Translations under genes and position numbers: made by a program
In this document: in pieces, positions 38,658 to 49,117 of the stretch
Layout of the letters: each line of letters opens with the position of its first letter
Position numbering within the stretch: position 1 is the stretch's first letter
NCBI GenBank assembly: GCA_944349925.1
Contig: CALVNT010000022.1
Span: 10,720 to 74,719, forward strand
Length of the DNA stretch: 64,000 nucleotides
Origin: an uncultured Clostridia bacterium
GTDB taxonomy: Bacteria; Bacillota; Clostridia; Christensenellales; UBA1242
Direction: 5' to 3'
The notes under the pieces: model-generated
Databases searched by the model: none
Seen by the model: only the letters and a program-made list of their open reading frames with translations
Told to the model about the DNA's origin: nothing

Positions 38658-40322
38658 TTAATAACTTTGCGACTCTATAAGTATTTCCTTTGCATGCGTT
38701 AAGGCTGTTTGAGTTATATCTGCCCCACTTATCATCTTCGCGATCGCTTCCACAACCTCTTGTCCAGACAAAATTTTTATATGGGAGAAAGTTTCGCCAT
38801 TTTCTTCATTTTTAAAGACATTTATAAAGTTATTTCCAAAAGATGCGACTTGAGGCAAATGAGTAATACAAATAACCTGTGAACTTTTAGAAATATTTTT
38901 TAATTTTTGACCGACAATTTTTCCTACTTGTCCACTAATTCCAGAGTCAATTTCATCAAATAGCAATGTGCTAGCCCTGCCTTCAGCCATAATATTTTTA
39001 ACGGCAAGCATAAATCTACTTAATTCTCCTCCTGAAACAGTTTTTGCAAATGATTTTACTTCTTGTCCAGCATTTGCAGAAAAATTAAATCTCACATCAT
39101 CATTTCCATTTAAAGAAATCTCCGGCAAAGGAAGTATTTCTACCTCAAAACGAGCTGATTTCATTCCAAGGTCTTTTAACTGCTCCGCAACTTTTATCTC
39201 AATAAATTTACTTGCTTTTTTTCTTATTTTGCTAAGCTGTGCCGCTTGCTCTTTCATTTGATTGTATAAAATTTCTCTCTGCTTTGACAATTTATTCAAC
39301 ATAAACTCACCATCTTCTAAGAGAGCAATTTTTTCTTTAGTTTTCGAAGCAAATTCTAAAACTGCAGTTATTGAACCACCATATTTTCTACAAAGTGTTT
39401 TTATTAAATCATAGCGTTTTTCAAGAGATTCAAGCTCGTTTTCGTCGTATAAAGTATTACCTTTTATATCCACTAGCGTTGACTCAATATCTTCAATTTC
39501 ATACCTTGCACTATCCAACCTATTTTTTAGATCTAATATTTCGTTTATGGAACTTAGAGAATTTAATTGAGAAGACGCCTCTTGAAGTTGGCTTATCACG
39601 CTTATTGAGTTGTCACATAAAAGATTTTCACATAATGAAACAACTTCGTATATTTTTTCAGAGTTGTTTAAAACCTTAAGTCTTTCCTTAATTTCTTCGT
39701 CTTCACCGTCACGCAAAGCAGCCTCGTTTATTTCATCGTATTGATATTTTAACAAGGAAATAGTTCTCTCTCTATCATTTTCATCGCCACCAAGTGCAGA
39801 TATTTGTCTATCTATTTCTTTTACTTGGTCAAAAAGTATAGCCAAATTGTTTTTAACCTCTTGCTCGTCTTTCTCCGCAAATTTATCAAGCAATACAATA
39901 TGATTTTTATAATTTAAAAGTTCAACATTTTCATGTTGAGCAAAACTATCAACCAAAAACTTCGACAATTCCTTTAAAATGCTAGATGTTGCCATCATGC
40001 CATTTATTCTTGCAGTTGATTTGCCTTCAGAAGTTAAAGTTCTAGACAACAAAAGCTCTCCTTCATATTCATAGCCAGAGTCTTTTAAAAAATTTTTTGC
40101 TTCATTGTTTATATCGACAAACAACGCATCAACTCGCATAAGGTTTTCGCCCATTCTGACAAAATTTTTGTCAGCTTTTTCACCTAAAGCAAAAAGTAAA
40201 CCATTAAAAATAAGGCTTTTACCAGCACCTGTTTCACCTAGCAACACATTCAAGCCTTCCTTAAATTCTACAGTCAAATTTTTTATCAATGCGAAATTTT
40301 CAATTTTTAAAGTTTGTAGCAT
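38658..40322 (-). CDS. recN: DNA repair protein RecN
   Basis: MLQTLKIENFALI..., Walker A LLGETGAGKSL, long coiled coil, SGGELSRFMLA signature and LLFDEIDSGISG. Confidence 0.96.
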   Translation of the reverse strand: MLQTLKIENFALIKNLTVEFKEGLNVLLGETGAGKSLIFNGLLFALGEKADKNFVRMGENLMRVDALFVDINNEAKNFLKDSGYEYEGELLLSRTLTSEGKSTARINGMMATSSILKELSKFLVDSFAQHENVELLNYKNHIVLLDKFAEKDEQEVKNNLAILFDQVKEIDRQISALGGDENDRERTISLLKYQYDEINEAALRDGEDEEIKERLKVLNNSEKIYEVVSLCENLLCDNSISVISQLQEASSQLNSLSSINEILDLKNRLDSARYEIEDIESTLVDIKGNTLYDENELESLEKRYDLIKTLCRKYGGSITAVLEFASKTKEKIALLEDGEFMLNKLSKQREILYNQMKEQAAQLSKIRKKASKFIEIKVAEQLKDLGMKSARFEVEILPLPEISLNGNDDVRFNFSANAGQEVKSFAKTVSGGELSRFMLAVKNIMAEGRASTLLFDEIDSGISGQVGKIVGQKLKNISKSSQVICITHLPQVASFGNNFINVFKNEENGETFSHIKILSGQEVVEAIAKMISGADITQTALTHAKEILIESQSY

Positions 40323-40333
40323 TTTATCCTCTT

Positions 40334-40786
40334 TTAATTAAGCATATTGTTTAATGTAACAACAGCTTCGCCCGACAAGATAGTTGTAGGGAAAATAAGC
40401 ATAACAGTATCTTCTCCACAACAAGCCCCCATAAGTTCGTTTAAATTTAATTTATCAACAAAACCACAAATGCTACTTGCCATACCCTTCATAGTTTTTA
40501 TAACAGCAAGGTTCATTGCAGATTTAACAGAAATTACAGCTTCTTTGAAAATAGTTATGTATTTATTTGAAATAACCTGTTCATCAGAACCAACAAAACA
40601 ATATTTATACTTTCCGCTTGGAGATAAAACTTTTGTAAGCCCTAGCTCTTTGATATCTCTAGAAATGGTTGCTTGTGTAATTTCAAAATTTGCGTTTCTA
40701 AGTTCTCTAGCTAGTTCATCTTGAGTTTCGATCTCTTTTGTAGAAATAAGCTCCAATATTTTAGATTGTCGTGCGCTTCTTGCCAT
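40334..40786 (-). CDS. argR: Arginine repressor ArgR/AhrC
   Basis: RQSKILELISTKEIETQDELARELRNANFEITQATISRDIKELGL (wHTH) and C-terminal GTICGDDT-like GACCGEDTVMLI. Confidence 0.93.
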   Translation of the reverse strand: MARSARQSKILELISTKEIETQDELARELRNANFEITQATISRDIKELGLTKVLSPSGKYKYCFVGSDEQVISNKYITIFKEAVISVKSAMNLAVIKTMKGMASSICGFVDKLNLNELMGACCGEDTVMLIFPTTILSGEAVVTLNNMLN

Positions 40787-40835
40787 AAACTTCTCCTAAT
40801 CGCTAAATCCCTTTATTTTAGGGCAATGTAGCCGT

Positions 40836-40934
40836 TATGCATAATTATAAATTTATGATTATTCATGCATTTTTGATTATTATACATCATTTTTTATAAT
40901 TATGCAAGCGATTTTTGCATAAATATTCATGCAT
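40836..40934. promoter_or_regulatory. Cluster of ARG-box-like operators upstream of argR
   Basis: The best site is 40917-40934; its reverse complement TGCATGAATATTTATGCA fits TGAAT-wwww-ATTCA at 9/10 core positions. Further TGCAT/ATGCA-containing AT-rich half-sites lie at 40838-40870 and 40899-40916. Confidence 0.5.
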
Positions 40935-41168
40935 TTTTTATATAAATAAAGCTTTTTGAAAATTTATAAAACGCAAATTTATAAATATAAACCTTTATAC
41001 ATTTTGTTGTAAAATACACCGCACGCAAACTTTAAACGAAACCTTCCCCTGCTTTTAAAAATCTTACATAACAAAATTGATTATACGATATAAATCTCGA
41101 CATAACAAACTCTAATTTTATTGCCCCCCCACAATACATAAATAGGATATGATTAACTATTTGAAAAA

Positions 41169-41198
41169 CAAAAAAAGCACGCTTAAATCAAGCGTACT
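41169..41198 (-). terminator. Rho-independent terminator after thiI
   Basis: On the minus strand, AGTACGCTT / AAGCGTGCT hairpin (41176-41198) followed by T7 (plus-strand A-run 41169-41175). Confidence 0.75.
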
Positions 41199-41219
41199 TT
41201 ACAAGCAAAAGATGCACTA

Positions 41220-42377
41220 TCAGTTTTTTAAATACACAATTTCTTCAGTTTGCAATGCTTCATTTACCAAAGAATCAATATTCAAAAAACTTTCTTCTTT
41301 TTCACACTTCTCTATTGTAGGTTTAATCACCGGATTTTTGGGTAAAAACACGGTACAGCAATCTTCATAAGGCAAAATAGAAGTTTGATATGTTCCAATT
41401 TGATTTGCCACATCAATTATATCTTCTTTGTCCATGGCGATGCAAGGTCTAAAGATTGGATAATTTTGAACTACTCCGCCAATAACAGTCATACTTTGCA
41501 TAGTTTGCGAGGCCACTTGTCCTAAACTTTCACCTGTTATAATGGCACCTAAATCATTTTGCTCGCATATTTTTTGGGCAATTCTCATCATAATTCTTCT
41601 CATAATGGTGATCATATACTCGCTTCTACAATGAACATGAATTGCTTCTTGAACTTTAGTAAAAGATATAACATGCAATTTGATTTCATCAACATAATCA
41701 CACAATTTTTGTGCTAGCGTTACAACTTTTTCCCTTGCCTCGTCAGATGTATATGGATAACTATGAAAATGCAAGGCTTCTATTTTTAAGCCCCTTTTGG
41801 CAATAAGGTAACCAGCAACAGGGCTATCAATTCCTCCCGATAATAGCAACAAACCTTTGCCCGCACTTCCCAAAGGCAATCCGCCTTGGCATTTTATAAT
41901 CTCGTCAAAGATATATGCTTTTTTATTTAATCGTATATCAACAGAAATAGTCGTCTTTGGATTATAAAGATCAACTTTTACTTCGGGATTGTTTTCTAAA
42001 ACTATTTCTCCAAGTTTTTTTGCGAAATCCATAGAACCAATAGGAAATGATTTGTCAGCGCGTTTAACTTCGATTTTAAAAGATTGGGATTTTAATTTAA
42101 TTGAAGATACAAAATCTATTATCTTATCTACAGTCGCTTCTACTTCTTGGGCTAAAGAAATGCTATGCAAACCAAAAACAGTTTTTATTTTCTCCACAAG
42201 CTCTTCTTCTTTAGAAATGTCGTAATTGCTTATAATATATCTACCAAATGTCTTTTCAAATTTAAAATCATAATCTTTTAGCTTATCTTTTACATTAGAA
42301 ATAAGAATAGACTCAAAAATATTCCTATTATCCCCCTTTAGATACAATTCTCCAAACCTTAACAATATCGCCCTCAT
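41220..42377 (-). CDS. thiI: tRNA 4-thiouridine(8) synthase ThiI
   Basis: N-terminal ferredoxin-like/THUMP region (LRFGELYLKGDNR) and PP-loop LLLLSGGIDSPVAGY. Confidence 0.94.
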   Translation of the reverse strand: MRAILLRFGELYLKGDNRNIFESILISNVKDKLKDYDFKFEKTFGRYIISNYDISKEEELVEKIKTVFGLHSISLAQEVEATVDKIIDFVSSIKLKSQSFKIEVKRADKSFPIGSMDFAKKLGEIVLENNPEVKVDLYNPKTTISVDIRLNKKAYIFDEIIKCQGGLPLGSAGKGLLLLSGGIDSPVAGYLIAKRGLKIEALHFHSYPYTSDEAREKVVTLAQKLCDYVDEIKLHVISFTKVQEAIHVHCRSEYMITIMRRIMMRIAQKICEQNDLGAIITGESLGQVASQTMQSMTVIGGVVQNYPIFRPCIAMDKEDIIDVANQIGTYQTSILPYEDCCTVFLPKNPVIKPTIEKCEKEESFLNIDSLVNEALQTEEIVYLKN

Positions 42378-42389
42378 AATATTCCCCTT

Positions 42390-43505
42390 TTAAATTTCAA
42401 GATTTGCAATTTTTGACGCTGTTTTTAAAATTTTATCTCCTGCTTCAACTATTTCCTTTCTATCCATATAAGCGTTAAATGAAATTCGAATACTAGACAA
42501 AACCTCGTCTTGCTTTATCCCCATACTTTCTAAAATTCTATTCCCCATTTTTTTAGTAGAACACGCACTACCTGTACTTACAAGAACGCCTTCATCTTGC
42601 AAAGCTCTAGCCAAAGTTTCTCCCTTTACCCCCTTAAAAGAAACAGACATAATATAAGGAGAATCAGTTTCTATTATTTTTATATTTTTGTCTTTAGATA
42701 GCAAATCAACCATTGTGTTTTTTAATTGAAGAGTATTTTTATAATTTTTTTCAATATCAATCTGTTCGTTTGCCCATTTCATTGCCATAATACCAGCGAC
42801 ATTTTCAGTGCCAGAACGCAAATTTCCTTCTTGTCCGCCACCAAACACAATGTTTTTTAAACCATTTTTATTTTTAACATACAAAGCCCCCACACCTTTA
42901 GGCCCATGGAATTTATGCGCTGAGATTGTATAAGTATCCGCACCTAAATCACTTATCGAAAACTTGATTTTGTTAAAAGCCTGCACTCCATCTACATGCA
43001 ACAAAGCATTTGACTTCGATTTAACAATTTTGCTTATGGTGGCTATATCATTAACAGCTCCCGTTTCATTACTAACATGCATGACACAAACTAAACGCGT
43101 TTTTTCATTCAATAAGTTTTCTATTTTATCTATATCAACTTTTCCATTTGCTAGCAAAGGCACATAATGGACAATCGCTCCCTGCCTTTCAAGTTCTTTT
43201 GCGACATTATAAACGCTCGGGTGCTCTCCCATAGAGAATATATATTCCCAGCTTCCATTACGCCTAGAGCCTAAAATTGCAAGATTATTACTTTCAGTTG
43301 CACCGCTTGTAAAAATTATGTCGCCTTGAGTTGCCCCCAATTTAGACAATAAACTTTTTCGTGCACTTTCCAAACATTCCTTTACTTTGCGTCCTTCCCT
43401 ATAAAAAGAGCTTGGATTATAAAAAAGCTCGCAAGCAAATTTTTTATATTCACTTGCAGCCCCTTCAAACATTTTTGTTGTTGCCGCATTATCTAAATAA
43501 ATCAT
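42390..43505 (-). CDS. Cysteine desulfurase (NifS/IscS class, probable ThiI partner)
   Basis: IYLDNAATT, PLP-lysine region ISAHKFHGPKGVGALY and catalytic Cys STGSACS. It is adjacent to thiI, as with B. subtilis nifZ-thiI. Confidence 0.9.
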   Translation of the reverse strand: MIYLDNAATTKMFEGAASEYKKFACELFYNPSSFYREGRKVKECLESARKSLLSKLGATQGDIIFTSGATESNNLAILGSRRNGSWEYIFSMGEHPSVYNVAKELERQGAIVHYVPLLANGKVDIDKIENLLNEKTRLVCVMHVSNETGAVNDIATISKIVKSKSNALLHVDGVQAFNKIKFSISDLGADTYTISAHKFHGPKGVGALYVKNKNGLKNIVFGGGQEGNLRSGTENVAGIMAMKWANEQIDIEKNYKNTLQLKNTMVDLLSKDKNIKIIETDSPYIMSVSFKGVKGETLARALQDEGVLVSTGSACSTKKMGNRILESMGIKQDEVLSSIRISFNAYMDRKEIVEAGDKILKTASKIANLEI

Positions 43506-45898
43506 CTTAAAACTGCTCCAAATTTATATTCAAGAGCTTTTAAAACTTTCTTCATAACCTTACCAATATCATCATCAGTCAAGGTTTTATTTTCATCAGA
43601 TAAAACAATATTGAAAGCCAAACTCTTTTTATTTTCTCCTAGCGCCTCACTACGATAAACATCAAATAATGATGAGTCAAAATATAGTTTTCCACACGAA
43701 GACTTGATTGATTCAAGCATTTGCCCCGCTTCTACATTTTCGTCAACTACTACAGCTAAATCCCTTGCAACATTTGGATATTTTGAAACTTGTTTAAGCT
43801 CAAGTTTCTTATCTTTTATTTGCGTTAATACTGAAGAGTTTAACTCTGCATAATAAGAATTTGAAGGAAGTTCATAATTTTTTATAACACTAGGATGAAG
43901 TTTTCCAAAATGCCCTACTTTTTGCTCCCCAACATAAACATCAGCAGAAATTCCAGGGTGCAAATATGGTTCATTTGATCGAGAAATAGTAATTTCACCT
44001 TTTGCAGACAGCAAATTTTCAATAATATTTTTGAGCATGAAAAAGTCAAATCCATCTTCCGACACAAACATTGCAGTCATGTTTATTTCGTTTGGCAGAT
44101 TTACTAGCGGTTGTTCATCAGAAAGATAAACTTTACCACATTCAAACAACCTCATCTCTTTATTGCCAACAGACAAGTTGTATGTTGCTGTTTGCAAAAG
44201 CGAACTTAGCATAGTTGTTCTCATATAAGCAAAATTTTCGCCAAGAGGATTAGAAATTTTTATTGGGCAAGATCTTTCGTCAGTTAGAAGCAATTTTTTT
44301 ACAAAATCATTACCGCCAAAAGTAAAGGTCATAATTTCAAAGAAACCATAATCAACAAGCATATTGCGGTAAGTTCTTTCAAGGTTGTATCTAACATTAA
44401 CCACACTTTCGGTCACAGCTGAATTTTCAAACAATTTTCCTTCAGATTTTTCATAGACATCATAACCATAAAGCCTTATAATTTCTTCTGCAAGGTCATT
44501 ATTATTTTCAATGTCTTCTCTATAAGGCGGTATAATACACTCAATTTTATCACCTATAATTTTATTTTCAATCCCAAGACTTAAAAGCAAGGAAGACATC
44601 ACTTTTTCTGGTATAAAAACGCCAAGAATTTTGTTGATTTCCATAACAGAGCCAACAATTTTTCTAGAAGGGTTTTGCCCTTTAGATTTATCTATAATCC
44701 CCCTTACAATTTTTCCACAATCTAATTTAGAAACAAGACATAGCGCCCTTGATAAGCCGATTTCCGCATTTGCCAAATTGATTCCCTTTTCATTTCTTGC
44801 CGAAGAATCTGTTCTAATTCCGAATTTTCTTGATGTAGTTCTTATGCTTTTTAAATCAAAAACAGCAGATTCAATAGCCACGGTTTTTGTTTGAGAATTT
44901 ATACAAGAGTTTGTTCCCCCTATAATTCCCGCAATAACCATTGGCTTGTCTTTATCAGCAATAACAATATCATTTTCATTAAGTTCATACGAAAAGCCAT
45001 TTAAAACTTCAATTTTTTCTCCGTTCAAAGCTTGTCTTACATTTATTTCTTTACCTTCTATTAAAGATTGGTCAAAAGCATGAAGAGGTTGCCCCATCTC
45101 AACAAGCACATAGTTTGTTATATCCACAATAGTGTTTATTGGCTTAATTCCAACAGCATTTAATCTAGCCCTCATCCACAAAGGCGAACGCTCTATTTTA
45201 ACATTAGTAACCGCTCCCATACAATATCTAGGGCAATTATCCGTCAAATTGTTGAGCGAAATATAATCATGAATAGTGTCCTTTGAATATATATCTATAG
45301 GATAATTCAAATTCACTTTTTTAACTTGTTCGCCCAAAATAGCTGCCACTTCACGAGCCAGGCCAATCACTGACAAACAGTCCGGCCTGTTTGGAGTAAC
45401 ATAAATATCAAGCATAACATCGTCAAGCATAAGGGCTTTAGAAATAGGCAAACCAATTTTCATATCATTTGGCAAAATCAATATACCGTCTACACCCGCA
45501 CCTTCAAAATAATTTTCGTCTATACCAAGTTCTTGCCCAGAGCAAAACATACCATTAGATTCAACTCCACGCATTTTTGTAGGTTGAATTTTTATACCAT
45601 TGACTAAATTAGCTCCCGGCAAACTCACCGGAACAACAGCACCTTCAAAGACGTTTGTTGCGGCAGTTATAATTTGTGTAGTCGATTGACCGATATCTAC
45701 TTGGCAAACAACAAGCCTGTCAGCTTGAGGGTGTTTTTCTATTTTTAAAATTTTTCCTACTACCACATCGTGAAGGAATTCATCTTGAAAAACAATTTCT
45801 TCGACTTCAAAACCAGATTTGGTAAGTTTTTGAGCAAGCTCTTTTGGCGAAAGAGCAATGTTAACATATTCTTTTAGCCAATTATAAGTAACTTTCAT
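43502..45898 (-). CDS. pheT: Phenylalanyl-tRNA synthetase beta subunit
   Basis: MKVTYNWLKEYV..., tRNA-binding OB (VVGKILKIEKHPQADRLVVCQVD), B3/4 and B5 domains and FDVY C-terminal domain; 798 aa. Confidence 0.97.
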   Translation of the reverse strand: MKVTYNWLKEYVNIALSPKELAQKLTKSGFEVEEIVFQDEFLHDVVVGKILKIEKHPQADRLVVCQVDIGQSTTQIITAATNVFEGAVVPVSLPGANLVNGIKIQPTKMRGVESNGMFCSGQELGIDENYFEGAGVDGILILPNDMKIGLPISKALMLDDVMLDIYVTPNRPDCLSVIGLAREVAAILGEQVKKVNLNYPIDIYSKDTIHDYISLNNLTDNCPRYCMGAVTNVKIERSPLWMRARLNAVGIKPINTIVDITNYVLVEMGQPLHAFDQSLIEGKEINVRQALNGEKIEVLNGFSYELNENDIVIADKDKPMVIAGIIGGTNSCINSQTKTVAIESAVFDLKSIRTTSRKFGIRTDSSARNEKGINLANAEIGLSRALCLVSKLDCGKIVRGIIDKSKGQNPSRKIVGSVMEINKILGVFIPEKVMSSLLLSLGIENKIIGDKIECIIPPYREDIENNNDLAEEIIRLYGYDVYEKSEGKLFENSAVTESVVNVRYNLERTYRNMLVDYGFFEIMTFTFGGNDFVKKLLLTDERSCPIKISNPLGENFAYMRTTMLSSLLQTATYNLSVGNKEMRLFECGKVYLSDEQPLVNLPNEINMTAMFVSEDGFDFFMLKNIIENLLSAKGEITISRSNEPYLHPGISADVYVGEQKVGHFGKLHPSVIKNYELPSNSYYAELNSSVLTQIKDKKLELKQVSKYPNVARDLAVVVDENVEAGQMLESIKSSCGKLYFDSSLFDVYRSEALGENKKSLAFNIVLSDENKTLTDDDIGKVMKKVLKALEYKFGAVLR

Positions 45899-46003
45899 AT
45901 TATTTCCACCTTTTATTTTTATTTAGCATTAAATATAGTTGCACACATAAATTACTGTAAAAACAAAACTTTAAAATAGCCACATAATTTTAAGCCATAA
46001 ATT

Positions 46004-47023
46004 TTACCTAGACTGCTTTAAAAATCTCACATCGTTTTTGAAAAGCGATCTCATATCTGTGTTGTTAGTAAACAACATAGAAGCACGGTCGATACCAATA
46101 CCAAAAGCAAAACCTTTATACTTTTTGCTATCTATGCCGTTATAATCAAGCACTTTAGGGTTAACAACTCCTGCCCCTAAAAGCTCCAAATATCCAGTAT
46201 TTTTGCATAATTTGCAACCTTTTCCATGACATTGCGGACAACTTACATCAACTTCGATGCTTGGCTCTGTAAAAGGGAAATAAGAAGGTCTAAATCTTAT
46301 CATAGTATCCTCTCCGAAAAGCCTTTTCATCATGATTGACAACATATTTTTAAGATCAGCCATTGAAACATTTTCGTCAACAACCAACCCTTCAAGTTGG
46401 TTAAACATAGGCGAATGCGTAGCATCACTATCATTTCTATAAGTCTTACCAGGAACAACAATTTTAAAAGGCGGTTTAATTTGTTCCATAGCTCTAGCTT
46501 GCACTGCAGTTGTTTGAGTTCTGAGCAAAATATTCTCAGAAAAATAGAAAGAATCTTGCATATCTCTTGCTGGGTGACTCTTTGGAGTATTAACTGCCTC
46601 AAAATTGTAATAATCACTTTCAATTTCTGGGCCATCGACTACTGTAAAACCCAAGTTTACACAAATATCAACAAGTCTATCCGTCATGCTAGTAACAGGA
46701 TGAAGTGCTCCTTTTTTCACTCCTTTTGAAGGCAAAGAAATATCAACTTTTTCGTTTTGAAGTTTTTCTTCTAATTCCTTTTGAGCAAACTTTTCTTCAG
46801 CATCAAAAACCATTTTTTCTACCAAAGCCCTAACCTCATTAACCATAGCTCCCAGCCTTGGTTTATCTTGGTTAGGCACATCTCTCATTCCTTTAAGAAC
46901 AGCAGTTAGTCTACCAGATTTGCCTAAAAAATAAACTTTAAGATCTGCAAGCATTTTCTTATCTAACACATTTTGAAACTTTTCTACAGCTTCTTGTTGA
47001 ATTTTTTTAAGTTCTTCTTCCAT
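46004..47023 (-). CDS. pheS: Phenylalanyl-tRNA synthetase alpha subunit
   Basis: HPVTSMTDRL, GKTYRNDSDATHSPMFNQLEG, FRPSYFPFTEPS and FGIGIDR. Confidence 0.97.
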   Translation of the reverse strand: MEEELKKIQQEAVEKFQNVLDKKMLADLKVYFLGKSGRLTAVLKGMRDVPNQDKPRLGAMVNEVRALVEKMVFDAEEKFAQKELEEKLQNEKVDISLPSKGVKKGALHPVTSMTDRLVDICVNLGFTVVDGPEIESDYYNFEAVNTPKSHPARDMQDSFYFSENILLRTQTTAVQARAMEQIKPPFKIVVPGKTYRNDSDATHSPMFNQLEGLVVDENVSMADLKNMLSIMMKRLFGEDTMIRFRPSYFPFTEPSIEVDVSCPQCHGKGCKLCKNTGYLELLGAGVVNPKVLDYNGIDSKKYKGFAFGIGIDRASMLFTNNTDMRSLFKNDVRFLKQSR

Positions 47024-47026
47024 AAA

Positions 47027-47290
47027 ATCTCCTTTAAATAAAAATCTCTTTCTTCCATATTAGGACGAAAGAGAAATCTTCGTGGTACCACCTAACTTTT
47101 GCAATAATTTGCACTCATTAGCCCACTTACGCGTGGCATAGCGACAGAAACTACACAGCAACAGCTTTCACCTCTGCAACTAGAAAGCGAATTCATTTGA
47201 TAGATTTTGCTCACCTTTCAGCAATATGGCAAGCTCTCTGAAAAAAAACATATTCAAATTACTACTCTTTCATCATCGTTTTTCAGTTGT
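47027..47290 (-). promoter_or_regulatory. T-box riboswitch leader of pheST (with promoter at 47291-47319)
   Basis: On the minus strand: TTGACA-N17-TATAAT promoter; T-box sequence AGGTGGTACCACG (plus 47081-47092); terminator TCTCTTTC/GAAAGAGA (47045-47074) plus T-run. UUC triplets are present in the presumed specifier region (e.g. 47191-47189). Confidence 0.8.
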
Positions 47291-47370
47291 ATTATATAAA
47301 TATAAAAGAAAATTGTCAACTAAATTTTAAAACATTTGCATAGCCAAAGAAAATTATTTATAATAAAAAC

Positions 47371-48258
47371 ATGGAAACAACAAAGATCAAAGGGATAACG
47401 TATTATAAATTTATAGCAGACAAAGATTATCCCAGTGTTTATGTATTTTTAAAAGAGAACAATTTTTCAGAAAATTTTATAACAAATCTTCGAAAAAAAG
47501 AAGGATATATTTTATTAAACGACAAAATTGCACATACTACGACTCATGTAGAAAAAGGAGCGCAATTATGGTTGTGCTCCAATCCAAATCCCAAAACAAC
47601 TATTATGCATTGCATAATACCGCTAGATATTGTATATGAAGACGCATACTACTTACTAGTATGCAAACCAAGCGGACTTTCTTGCATGCCAAATAGATCG
47701 CATTACTCAAACAACCTTGCAGGTGCAATTTGTCACTACCTTCAAAAAGAAAATAAAGATTTTACATTGCGTATAATAAACAGACTAGACAAAGATACTT
47801 GCGGTTTAATTTTAATTGCCAAAGATAGCATCGCAGCTAAAGAATTAAAAGATTTTCAAAAGACATATTACGCTATTTGCGAAGGAGAAATTAAATCTCC
47901 GATCACAATAAATTTACCAATATTAACAATAAATCAAAATGGCATAAACTGTCAAAAAAGAGTCGTTTCCCCTGACGGACAAAGCGCAACCACTATGATA
48001 ACTCCTATAAAAACACTAAAAAACAACAATACTTTATTGTCAATAAATTTGTTACATGGTAGAACTCATCAAATCAGAGTCCATCTATCACACATAAAGC
48101 ACCCTTTAATCGGCGATGAAATATATGGAAGCAAATCAAAACTAATCGATCACACAGCTTTAATTTGCAAAGAAATTTCCTTTTTTCATCCCTTTATAAA
48201 AAAGACACTGCATTTTTCAGTGCCCTTTCCAAAAGATATCGAAGATCTAATAACTTAA
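47371..48258 (+). CDS. RluA-family pseudouridine synthase
   Basis: NRLDKDTCGLILIAK (catalytic Asp) and GRTHQIRVHL motifs; N-terminal S4-like segment. Confidence 0.88.
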   Translation: METTKIKGITYYKFIADKDYPSVYVFLKENNFSENFITNLRKKEGYILLNDKIAHTTTHVEKGAQLWLCSNPNPKTTIMHCIIPLDIVYEDAYYLLVCKPSGLSCMPNRSHYSNNLAGAICHYLQKENKDFTLRIINRLDKDTCGLILIAKDSIAAKELKDFQKTYYAICEGEIKSPITINLPILTINQNGINCQKRVVSPDGQSATTMITPIKTLKNNNTLLSINLLHGRTHQIRVHLSHIKHPLIGDEIYGSKSKLIDHTALICKEISFFHPFIKKTLHFSVPFPKDIEDLIT

Positions 48259-48260
48259 AC

Positions 48261-49010
48261 TTAATCAAAAACTATATCAGAAAGTTCCTTTACTAAAAAT
48301 TTAATAGGTTTTACATATTTACTTACATACTTTAAAGAAGCGGACAAAGCTTTTAATATAACCTCATCTTTAAGTGAAGCAGTTTTAATAATTGATGATG
48401 CAATATTATGCGCATCTTCTACCTGTCTCGAATCTCTTATTTCCTCCAATTCACTCAGTATTTGTACTGCAATTTTTGTAGACACTTCAAATTTATCGGC
48501 ATTTTCTTCTTTCTCATATTCTTGCCCGATTTCATCATTGTCTTCCTCAGATTCTTCGCCTTTAGAAAAATCTCCTTTTGCGTCTTCTTTTGTTTCATTT
48601 TTTGTAAAACCAAACGCCTCTGCAATCAGATTTCTAAAAGGGACAATCATTGTTTGTAAAAAATTAGCAAAAGGATTTTCTTCTCTTCCAAAAAATCTTT
48701 TTATGAAATCATTAAAATCAATTTTTTTATTATCTATATCAGCTAGAGTACAAAAAACAAGGGCTACTATTTTATATTCTTCAGTTGGCATAATACACAC
48801 AAACTGTCCCTGTCCATCTTGAATGTAAGTACGCGAAAATTCCCTATCTCTGTTATATGATTCTAAACATTCGCTTATCAAAGAACAAATATCACTTGAA
48901 GAAGCTATGCTTTGCAAAAGTTTTGTAATTTTGTACTCTGCCACCAAAAATTTACATTCTATAAGTTCATCACAAGCCAAAAGAAAATTTTCTATTTCAT
49001 GTTTAGTCAT
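48261..49010 (-). CDS. Hypothetical acidic protein
   Basis: 249-aa ORF with an acidic central stretch (KGEESEEDNDEIGQEYEKEEN). I recognise no motif. Confidence 0.55.
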   Translation of the reverse strand: MTKHEIENFLLACDELIECKFLVAEYKITKLLQSIASSSDICSLISECLESYNRDREFSRTYIQDGQGQFVCIMPTEEYKIVALVFCTLADIDNKKIDFNDFIKRFFGREENPFANFLQTMIVPFRNLIAEAFGFTKNETKEDAKGDFSKGEESEEDNDEIGQEYEKEENADKFEVSTKIAVQILSELEEIRDSRQVEDAHNIASSIIKTASLKDEVILKALSASLKYVSKYVKPIKFLVKELSDIVFD

Positions 49011-49117
49011 ACTTCACCTCTTTTTTATTTTATCACACTAATAAAAATTTTCAAAGCAATATAAAGAGTTATTAAAAAAAATTTGATTTAATTAAAAAAA
49101 AATGATATTATAGTTTT

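Noticed and set aside
41124-41130. C7 homopolymer in the thiI-argR intergenic region as a phase-variation tract.
   Set aside because: It is not located within a coding region or between recognisable -35/-10 elements. Seven residues is short, and I see no supporting context.
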